Of a stretch of DNA of 40,970 nucleotides, positions 35,462 through 40,970 are shown in pieces; positions within the stretch are counted from its first letter, which is position 1, and each line of letters begins with the position of its first letter. The notes below the pieces were generated by a model. The model had not been told where the DNA came from, ran no database searches, and saw only the letters and a list, made by a program, of their open reading frames with translations. Both the position numbers and the translations under genes were made by a program. The stretch comes from Eubacteriales bacterium (GTDB lineage: Bacteria > Bacillota > Clostridia > Oscillospirales > JAAYXM01): NCBI GenBank assembly GCA_045595605.1, contig JAZOAS010000151.1, positions 1 to 40,970 on the forward strand, given 5' to 3'.

Positions 35462-36634
35462 ATGGATTACAGAAAGCAGGCTCTCATTTCGCATGAGGAG
35501 TGGCAGGGTAAGATTGAAGTCGTCTCCCGTTGCCCGGTCGAAACAAAGGACGATTTATCAGTTGCATACACCCCGGGTGTCGCAGAACCGTGCCTCAAAA
35601 TCAGCGAAGATGTTGATCTCAGCTATAAATATACCCGCCGCGGCAACCTTGTTGCAGTTGTAACAGACGGTACAGCTGTTCTCGGTCTTGGCGATATCGG
35701 ACCAGAGGCAGGTATGCCGGTTATGGAGGGTAAGTGCGTTCTCTTTAAGTCATTCGGTAATGTTGACGCTTTCCCGCTCTGCGTCCGCTCAAAGGATGTT
35801 GACGAAATCGTAAAAACAATTTCTCTCCTCGCAGGTTCTTTCGGCGGAATCAACCTCGAGGATATCTCAGCTCCGCGTTGCTTTGAAATTGAGCGTCGCC
35901 TCAAGGAAGTTTGCGACATTCCGATTTTCCACGACGACCAGCACGGTACAGCTGTTGTTTCAGCTGCTGCAATGATCGGCGCTTGCCGTCTTACAAAAAG
36001 AAATATCTCTGATCTTAAGGCTGTTGTTTCGGGTGCGGGCGCTGCTGCTATCGCTGTTACACGCCTTCTTATGGCTCTTGGCCTCAAGGAAGTTATCCTC
36101 TGCGATCGTAAGGGCGCAATCTACGAAGGTCGCGACGGCCTCAATGCTGAAAAAGAGGCTATGGCTAAGATTACAAACAAGAACAAGGTTGCAGGAAGCC
36201 TTGCTGATGTTATGGTTGGCGCTGATGTTGTCTTTGGTCTTTCGGGCCCGGGCATCATCACTCAGGATATGGTCCGTTCAATGAACAAGGACCCGATGGT
36301 ATTTGTTATGTCAAACCCGACTCCGGAAATCTTCCCGGACGAAGCTATCGCAGCTGGCGCTGCAGTTGTAGGTACGGGTCGTACAGACTTCCCGAACCAG
36401 ATAAACAACCTTCTTGCGTTCCCGGGTATCTTCCGCGGTGCGCTTGATGTAAGAGCAAGCGACATCAACGATGAGATGAAGGTTGCAGCGGCTTACGCTA
36501 TTGCAAACCTCATTGATGAAAAGGATCTCCGTCCTGACCGTATCATAATCGAGCCGACAGACCCGGCTGTTGCTCCGGCAGTTGCTGCTGCTGTTGCAGA
36601 GGCTGCAAGAAAGACAGGCGTCGCAAGAATCTAA
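35462..36634 (+). CDS. NAD(P)-dependent malic enzyme (short form, no PTA domain)
   Basis: Blocks LSVAYTPGVAEPC, DGTAVLGLGDIGPEAGMPVMEGK, GINLEDISAPRCFEIE, FHDDQHGTA and GAGAAAIA are typical of bacterial malic enzymes. Start is at ATG 35462 (MDYRKQ). Confidence 0.9.
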   Translation: MDYRKQALISHEEWQGKIEVVSRCPVETKDDLSVAYTPGVAEPCLKISEDVDLSYKYTRRGNLVAVVTDGTAVLGLGDIGPEAGMPVMEGKCVLFKSFGNVDAFPLCVRSKDVDEIVKTISLLAGSFGGINLEDISAPRCFEIERRLKEVCDIPIFHDDQHGTAVVSAAAMIGACRLTKRNISDLKAVVSGAGAAAIAVTRLLMALGLKEVILCDRKGAIYEGRDGLNAEKEAMAKITNKNKVAGSLADVMVGADVVFGLSGPGIITQDMVRSMNKDPMVFVMSNPTPEIFPDEAIAAGAAVVGTGRTDFPNQINNLLAFPGIFRGALDVRASDINDEMKVAAAYAIANLIDEKDLRPDRIIIEPTDPAVAPAVAAAVAEAARKTGVARI

Positions 36635-36646
36635 AGAAAAACAAAA

Positions 36647-36682
36647 ACAAGTCCGAAAACAAAGTTTTCGGACTTGTTTTTT
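36647..36682. terminator. bidirectional terminator between malic enzyme and thioesterase genes
   Basis: 14-bp perfect stem ACAAGTCCGAAAAC / GTTTTCGGACTTGT with loop aaa, flanked by an A-run and a T-run. Confidence 0.8.
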
Positions 36683-37403
36683 ATTTGTATTCAAGTTTGC
36701 AGGCAAACATAGTATCGCCGTCAGAGTTGAGCCCCTTTGCGAGAATAGAATTGCCGTCTTTTTCGTGGAAAACTGAAAGCTCAGTTCCCTCTAAGACTTC
36801 TTTGCGGTAATCAATCTGCAAGGATTCCAAGGTGTCATCCTTTCCGGGCGAGATTGCGTCGAGAATATAATTTGCATATTTAGTGTTGTTTACATGGTTG
36901 TTTGAATCAATTTCGCAAAAACCCGGGTTTACGACATGCGGAGCCGAGGTGGCTTCAAAATCGGGAACCTTTCCGAGCTTTTCTTCGAACATCATTTCTG
37001 AGCAGAATTCCTCATCAAGAGAGTATATGTCGGATGCGGAAACAGGACGCCTGCTTTCACTGTTGATTACTACCCATTCAGAGCTACCGATGATAAGGCG
37101 GTTTCCGTTTTCGTCCTCAATACAGCATTCTCTTCTGTGGCTGAGCCTGCCGGGCTTGAGTGGCCAGGTCCTGACGATTACCTTCTGATGGTTTTCGGGC
37201 GCGGATATGATTTGAAATCTTGTCCGTGTAAGAACCCATAAGTAAGAAAGCGCAGACATCTTATCAAAGCCGACTCCAAGCTCTTCGGCGTGAAGCCCTG
37301 CCGCATCCTGAAAAAGCTCAAGTATTGCAGAGGGTTTTATGCGGTTGAATTTATCAAAGTCATTTGCGCGGAGTATATACTCCCTTTTCCATATGGAACT
37401 CAT
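36681..37403 (-). CDS. acyl-[acyl-carrier-protein] thioesterase
   Basis: 240 aa with the double hotdog pattern of the Acyl-ACP_TE family (RANDFDKFNRIKPSAILELFQDAAGLHAEELG, YLWVLTRTRFQI, CEIDSNNHVNNTKY). Confidence 0.8.
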   Translation of the reverse strand: MSSIWKREYILRANDFDKFNRIKPSAILELFQDAAGLHAEELGVGFDKMSALSYLWVLTRTRFQIISAPENHQKVIVRTWPLKPGRLSHRRECCIEDENGNRLIIGSSEWVVINSESRRPVSASDIYSLDEEFCSEMMFEEKLGKVPDFEATSAPHVVNPGFCEIDSNNHVNNTKYANYILDAISPGKDDTLESLQIDYRKEVLEGTELSVFHEKDGNSILAKGLNSDGDTMFACKLEYK

Positions 37404-37445
37404 ATTTACATCTCCTGTGTTTTTGGATTATGTCGTTGAAGCAGA

Positions 37446-38162
37446 TTACATTCCAAACCCGCCGCCGACGGAGAGCGTTTCACCCGTCACAAACTCTGCC
37501 TCGGCGAAGAAGAGCGCGGCATGAGCAACATCCTCAGGTGTTCCGATTCTCCCGAGCGGAGTTTCGCCGCAGAGAGCGCGCATATCGTCGTCCGACAGGT
37601 GAGCGTTCATCTCGGTCGCAATAACACCCGGAGCGATGCAGTTTACGCATATTCCAGATGGACCAAGCTCTTTTGCAAGGGCACGAGTAAAGCCGATTAC
37701 ACCTGCTTTTGAAGCAGAGTAGTGTGTTTCGCAGGATGCGCCAAGAAGCCCCCATACGGACGAAATGTTTATTATCTTACCGCTTTTTTTTCGAATCATA
37801 GCCTTCGAAGCTTCTTTGGAACACAGAAAAACTGATTTCAAATTAGTATCAATCATCCTGTCCCACGAAGATACGGAAATATCCGAAAGGAGAGAAAACT
37901 CTGCGATTCCCGCATTGTTTATGAGAATGTCGATATCACCGACTGTCTCAAAAAGCGCTTTGACGCTCACTTCGTCTGAAACATCGCAGAAAACGGGGGT
38001 AAGGGAGAAACCTTCCTCCGTAAGTTTTTCAGAAAGAGCGGGGAGAGACTCAGTGGTTTTGTTGTATGTCGCAAATACGGAATATCCTGCTCTCGCAAAA
38101 GTATCTGCGATGCAGTAGCCTATTCCGCGGGATGCGCCTGTGACAAGAACGGTTTTTTTCAT
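37446..38162 (-). CDS. fabG: short-chain dehydrogenase/reductase, 3-oxoacyl-ACP reductase-like
   Basis: 238 aa with TGASRGIG, NNAGI and the catalytic YSASKAG. It lies upstream of and co-oriented with the thioesterase. The substrate is not established. Confidence 0.7.
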   Translation of the reverse strand: MKKTVLVTGASRGIGYCIADTFARAGYSVFATYNKTTESLPALSEKLTEEGFSLTPVFCDVSDEVSVKALFETVGDIDILINNAGIAEFSLLSDISVSSWDRMIDTNLKSVFLCSKEASKAMIRKKSGKIINISSVWGLLGASCETHYSASKAGVIGFTRALAKELGPSGICVNCIAPGVIATEMNAHLSDDDMRALCGETPLGRIGTPEDVAHAALFFAEAEFVTGETLSVGGGFGM

Positions 38163-38178
38163 ATATATCTCCCTCCGG

Positions 38179-38207
38179 TTGATATTTTGAATTTGATGTG
38201 ATAAAAT
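38179..38207 (+). promoter_or_regulatory. sigma-A promoter (extended -10) for ybaK
   Basis: TTGATA-17 nt-TAAAAT, preceded by TGa. Confidence 0.5.
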
Positions 38208-38230
38208 TTACTCCAAAGGAGTAGTAAAAA

Positions 38231-38701
38231 ATGGAAAAGACAAATGTAATGAGAATACTCGACCGCGCAAAGCTCCCTTACACTCCGCACTATTACGAAA
38301 GTGATGGTGCGATAGCGGGAGTTGAGGTTGCAAAGATTATTGAAAAACCGTGTGAATGTGTTTTTAAAACACTTGTAACGGCCGCAAAAAGCGGTACAAA
38401 TTATGTGTTTATGATTCCCGTCGCCGAGGAGCTCGACCTCAAAAAAGCGGCAGCCTCGGTTGGGGAAAAGTCAATAGAGATGCTTCCGTCGAAGAAGCTT
38501 CTTCCGACAGTGGGGTATATCCACGGCGGATGCTCGCCTATCGGAATGAAAAAACAGCTTCGTACTACTGTTCATGAAAGTGCTCTCTCGTGTGAAAAAA
38601 TTGTTTTCAGCGCAGGAAAGATTGGAACGCAGGTTGAAATGACGCTTTCCGATTTATCAAAGGTTGTAAAGATTGAAACAGCGGATGTTATTAAACCATA
38701 A
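38231..38701 (+). CDS. ybaK: Cys-tRNA(Pro)/Cys-tRNA(Cys) deacylase YbaK
   Basis: 156 aa with TNVMRILDRAKLPY, FKTLV and GGCSPIG blocks of the YbaK editing-domain family. Confidence 0.85.
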   Translation: MEKTNVMRILDRAKLPYTPHYYESDGAIAGVEVAKIIEKPCECVFKTLVTAAKSGTNYVFMIPVAEELDLKKAAASVGEKSIEMLPSKKLLPTVGYIHGGCSPIGMKKQLRTTVHESALSCEKIVFSAGKIGTQVEMTLSDLSKVVKIETADVIKP

Positions 38702-39182
38702 GTGAGAAGATGACTTTCTCAAGCTCAGCTGCGACACCGTCTGATGTCCCGGGAAGAATGGTAAGTGTTGCGATATAGGTGTTGTCACTTGCATCGTAAA
38801 TAACTTTTTTAATTCTGGTATCTTTCGAGAAGAACTCTGAGATAATGCACGGGATGCTGTTCAATGTTTTTGTTTCGAAAGAAGAAAGTTCGATGTCGTC
38901 ATAGCCCTCGTCCTTCATCATGGAAACAAAATTGCGCTCGTCCATATCGGATACGCCGTCCTGCTTTTCTTCTCTGAGGATGGTTACATTAGATCCTGTT
39001 TCCTCGTCCATAATAACGAAATCAATTTCAGAGCCGAGATGCGACACGGTGTATTTTTCGGGGTACTCCACACAGTATCCGTTATCGGATGAGTAGGTTG
39101 TGAGCTTGCTTGGTTGAGACGTGCAAGCGCAAAGTATGCAAATAAGAGAGATTGCTAAAATAGCAGAAATAATTTTCTTCAT
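38691..39182 (-). CDS. lipoprotein, function unknown
   Basis: MKKIISAILAISLICILCAC carries a lipobox (L-C-A-C). ATG 39182 lies 8 nt after GGAGGA. The 3' end overlaps the ybaK end by 11 nt (convergent). Confidence 0.6.
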   Translation of the reverse strand: MKKIISAILAISLICILCACTSQPSKLTTYSSDNGYCVEYPEKYTVSHLGSEIDFVIMDEETGSNVTILREEKQDGVSDMDERNFVSMMKDEGYDDIELSSFETKTLNSIPCIISEFFSKDTRIKKVIYDASDNTYIATLTILPGTSDGVAAELEKVIFSLMV

Positions 39183-39212
39183 AAATTTATCCTCCGTAAA
39201 TGACATAAAACT

Positions 39213-39241
39213 ATTTTAACAGAAAAAAGAGAATATAACAA
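39213..39241 (-). promoter_or_regulatory. putative promoter (extended -10) for the lipoprotein gene
   Basis: Minus strand reads TTGTTA-17 nt-TAAAAT, preceded by TGt. Confidence 0.4.
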
Positions 39242-39244
39242 TAG

Positions 39245-39277
39245 AAACATAGGACAAAGTCCTATGTTTTTTCTTTT
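39245..39277 (+). terminator. orphan terminator-like hairpin in a divergent intergenic region
   Basis: 11-bp stem AAACATAGGAC / GTCCTATGTTT with loop aaa, followed by TTTcTTTT. Confidence 0.4.
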
Positions 39278-39279
39278 CA

Positions 39280-39301
39280 AAAAGTTGTCAAAAAGTTGTC
39301 A
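39280..39301. repeat. perfect tandem 11-mer (AAAAGTTGTCA x2)
   Basis: Units lie at 39280-39290 and 39291-39301. The minus strand reads TTGACAACTTT twice, giving two perfect -35 hexamers. Confidence 0.8.
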
Positions 39302-39350
39302 AGAACGAAATTAAATAAGGTATATAATATATGGGAAAGGAGGTGAAAGA

Positions 39351-39872
39351 ATGAAAATAGCAGAGGACCTTATAAGAAAGGGGAGTATAAACCGTCCGGG
39401 AACAAAGAATTCGTGCCGCTATATAACCGTTCACGATACGGGAAATAAGACGGTAGGCGCAGGCGCGAGCGCACATGCAAGCTACATAAAAAGCCTAAAA
39501 AGCAGGACGAGCTGGCACTATACGGTTGATGACAGGGAGATTTACCGCCACATCCCCGACAGCGAAAAGAGTTATCACACTTCGGACAAGTTCGCAAACG
39601 AAAACTCGATTGCAATCGAGCTTTGTGTAAATTCAGACGGCGACTTTGAGAAAACTCTTGAAAATGGTGCATGGCTCGTGAGAGAGCTTATGGGAAAACA
39701 CAAAATTGAAGAGAAAAACATCCGCCGTCACTTCGACTGGACAGGAAAGAAATGTCCTGCAAGTCTTATGGACGGCGGATGGGAAAAGTTTCTCGCGAAA
39801 TGTCGTGGGCAGCCGAAAAGCATAAGCATTGATGAACTTCGCGAAATGGGCTACACAAGTATTTCGCTGTAA
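39351..39872 (+). CDS. N-acetylmuramoyl-L-alanine amidase (Amidase_2 / PGRP fold)
   Basis: 173 aa with ITVHDTGN, SWHYTVDD, YHTSD, SIAIELC and RRHFDWTGKKCP, the zinc-amidase blocks of CwlA/phage-type amidases. I see no obvious wall-binding domain. Confidence 0.85.
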   Translation: MKIAEDLIRKGSINRPGTKNSCRYITVHDTGNKTVGAGASAHASYIKSLKSRTSWHYTVDDREIYRHIPDSEKSYHTSDKFANENSIAIELCVNSDGDFEKTLENGAWLVRELMGKHKIEEKNIRRHFDWTGKKCPASLMDGGWEKFLAKCRGQPKSISIDELREMGYTSISL

Positions 39873-39883
39873 CGCAAATAAAA

Positions 39884-39920
39884 AACAGCACCAACCTTCG
39901 GCTGGTACTGTTCTTTATTT
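39884..39920. terminator. bidirectional terminator after the amidase gene / NUDIX gene
   Basis: ACAGCACCAAC-cttcg-GCTGGTACTGT (with G-T pairs), flanked by an A-run and a T-rich run. Confidence 0.6.
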
Positions 39921-40009
39921 GGCTAACTCCGGCTAAATTGTACATATATGCAGCTAAGCCCGAAGAAAAGTACACTATTTTGGTACTTGGTAAATTGGAA
40001 GTTGTCTTA

Positions 40010-40453
40010 CTATTTCAAATCATATATCCACTTGTTATCTTTTTGATAATAGAAGAATTCACTCAAGTCATCTTCTGTAAAGACACGAAGCATATCATTC
40101 ATATCAATGGATAAGTTTAAACTAGAAAGATTCTCAATATTTTCCCACCAGACTTCACCTTCGGAAGAAGAGAGCAGATCGCCCTCAAACTGTGTTGCTT
40201 TATAAAAAAACACAACATATCTGCATTCGTTCTCATACCAATCTTTTATACCGCATAATTGGGGAGAATAGATAGTTAGTCCTGTTTCCTCCTGTACCTC
40301 TCGTATAACCGCATCCGTAAAAGATTCTCCCAACTCTACATGACCGCCAGGAAAGGTAATTCCAGGCCAATCTTTCTTTTTCCTATCAATAACGACAACT
40401 TTGTTTTTGTCGCATATCATACACATGTTGGTAAATTCAACTTTTTCAAACAT
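40010..40453 (-). CDS. NUDIX hydrolase (MutT-like)
   Basis: 147 aa with the Nudix box GGHVELGESFTDAVIREVQEETGL. It is markedly more AT-rich than its neighbours. Confidence 0.85.
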   Translation of the reverse strand: MFEKVEFTNMCMICDKNKVVVIDRKKKDWPGITFPGGHVELGESFTDAVIREVQEETGLTIYSPQLCGIKDWYENECRYVVFFYKATQFEGDLLSSSEGEVWWENIENLSSLNLSIDMNDMLRVFTEDDLSEFFYYQKDNKWIYDLK

Positions 40454-40489
40454 TACATTGTCCTCATCAAATTCTTATTTATAAAACTT

Positions 40490-40517
40490 ATTATACCATA
40501 AAATCTATGTATTTCAA
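40490..40517 (-). promoter_or_regulatory. putative promoter (extended -10) for the NUDIX gene
   Basis: Minus strand reads TTGAAA-16 nt-TATAAT, preceded by TGg. The -35 abuts the repeat array. Confidence 0.45.
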
Positions 40518-40684
40518 TGATGCCTCGCCTGCGGCGATATGATGTTATGCTACGCATAATGATGTTGCTCGTTTCACTGGCAGTGATGCGATGTTTGCCA
40601 TAAAATGTGGCGAAGCCACGCATAATTAGGCGAAGCCGTCATCATTGGCAAAGCCAACATCATTTGCCGCAGGCAAACATTATT
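40516..40684. repeat. nested palindromic array of about eight degenerate 18-24-nt units (four per arm)
   Basis: Right-arm units: GGCGAAGCCACGCATAATTA, GGCGAAGCCGTCATCATT, GGCAAAGCCAACATCATTT, GCCGCAGGCAAACATTATT. The left arm carries their approximate reverse complements in mirrored order. The apex is ATAAAATGT at 40600-40608. Confidence 0.65.
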
Positions 40685-40690
40685 CAAAAA

Positions 40691-40727
40691 AGCACCTTTG
40701 TCTTGGTAGACAAAGTTTCTTTTTTGT
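40691..40727. terminator. terminator downstream of tRNA-Ser(UGA) (bidirectional shape)
   Basis: CTTTGTCT-tggt-AGACAAAG, flanked by A6 and a T-rich run. Confidence 0.65.
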
Positions 40728-40816
40728 TGGCGGAGGGAGAGGGATTCGAACCCACGTGGGGTTTCCCCCAAACGGTTTTCAAGACCGCCTCGTTATGACC
40801 ACTTCGATATCCCTCC
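40728..40816 (-). tRNA. tRNA-Ser (anticodon UGA), CCA encoded
   Basis: The reverse complement begins GGAGGGATATCGAAGTGGTCATAACGAG. Anticodon arm is GCGGT-CTTGAAA-ACCGT, with a long variable arm, a GGG-TTCGAAT-CCC T-loop and acceptor TCCCTCC-GCCA. Confidence 0.9.
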
Positions 40817-40853
40817 GTGTATATATGGCCTGTCTCTCGAAAAGCCATATATG

Positions 40854-40882
40854 ATTTTAACAAAAAACAAGCGCGTTGTCAA
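40854..40882 (-). promoter_or_regulatory. sigma-A promoter for tRNA-Ser(UGA)
   Basis: Minus strand reads TTGACA-17 nt-TAAAAT. Confidence 0.6.
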
Positions 40883-40890
40883 GAAGTTTT

Positions 40891-40970
40891 TTACTGAATA
40901 TTTTCGACTTCCGGAGTATTTCCTTCAATGCTTACTTCGGCCTTCAACGGAACTATTGCAATATAGCTGT
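40891..40970 (-). CDS. possible 3' end of an unidentified gene running off the right edge
   Basis: The minus-strand frame is open to the window edge and ends ...SYIAIVPLKAEVSIEGNTPEVENIQ* with TAA at 40891-40893. Only 26 codons are visible and I recognise no motif. Confidence 0.2.
   Translation of the reverse strand, partial: SYIAIVPLKAEVSIEGNTPEVENIQ

Noticed and set aside
38691-40453. Lipoprotein, Amidase_2 and NUDIX genes next to tRNA-Ser, considered as a prophage or integrative island.
   Set aside because: There is no integrase, recombinase, or structural or replication gene in the window, and I found no direct repeat of the tRNA-Ser(UGA) 3' end. Only the compositional shift of the NUDIX gene is reported.
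40516-40684. Repeat array considered as a CRISPR array.
   Set aside because: The units are degenerate rather than identical and abut one another without spacers. They are arranged as a mirror-image palindrome, and no cas genes are present in the window.
40820-40853. The 9-bp palindrome ATATATGGC-N14-GCCATATAT between the -10 box and tRNA-Ser(UGA), and the hairpin CGGTATTC/GAATACCG (20626-20655) in the tRNA-Ser(GCU) leader.
   Set aside because: These are most simply explained as 5'-leader or processing hairpins of tRNA precursors. The two loci share no sequence, and there is no evidence of a regulatory role.
40574-40854. Three track ORFs (40574-40771 minus, 40607-40798 plus, 40645-40854 plus), and 19759-19977 minus, which overlap tRNA genes.
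   Set aside because: They read through tRNA-Ser(UGA) or tRNA-Leu and their terminators or repeats. The tRNA cloverleaves fold cleanly by hand, and the ORFs have no RBS or recognisable motifs.

Overview
This window reads as a chromosomal, mostly housekeeping segment of a spore-forming Firmicute (Clostridia-like; roughly half G+C by eye, and gpr and a pdaA-like gene are present). All calls come from reading the sequence and the ORF track; no database search was run, and the reference motifs are quoted from memory.

Gene order, left to right:
- The tail of a V/A-type ATPase operon (F fragment, A, B, D). It runs without any terminator into an ATP-grasp / PHP / NodB-deacetylase trio, a CDF transporter and an unknown 407-aa protein.
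- addB-addA on the minus strand, then hflX-yigZ.
- A roughly 310-bp intergenic element bounded by inverted repeats.
- An AEC transporter, tRNA-Leu(GAG), a small membrane protein, tRNA-Ser(GCU), a polytopic membrane protein and prmA.
- A pdaA-like deacetylase, a LysM-G5-M23 peptidase and a HAD hydrolase.
- gpr-thyA-folA on the minus strand, divergent from rpsT.
- An rnfC-D-G-E-A cluster, followed by a 50-codon ORF and a membrane-anchored glycoside-hydrolase-like gene.
- A third NodB deacetylase, malic enzyme, and an acyl-ACP thioesterase with an SDR.
- ybaK, a lipoprotein, an Amidase_2 muramidase-type amidase, an AT-rich NUDIX gene, a palindromic repeat array and tRNA-Ser(UGA).

I saw no CRISPR array, integrase, transposase or recognisable defence system.

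The most unusual item is the Rnf-like locus. It has no rnfB. Its RnfA-like and RnfE-like subunits lack all four cysteines that canonically hold the intramembrane [2Fe-2S] centre. RnfC and RnfD show drift in their cofactor motifs. The operon is also translationally coupled to an extracytoplasmic GHL/DUF4015-like protein.

Secondary curiosities:
- The inverted-repeat-bounded element at 18541-18850.
- The nested repeat palindrome at 40516-40684.
- The gene trio appended to the V-ATPase operon.
- A short duplication of the tRNA-Ser 3' end.
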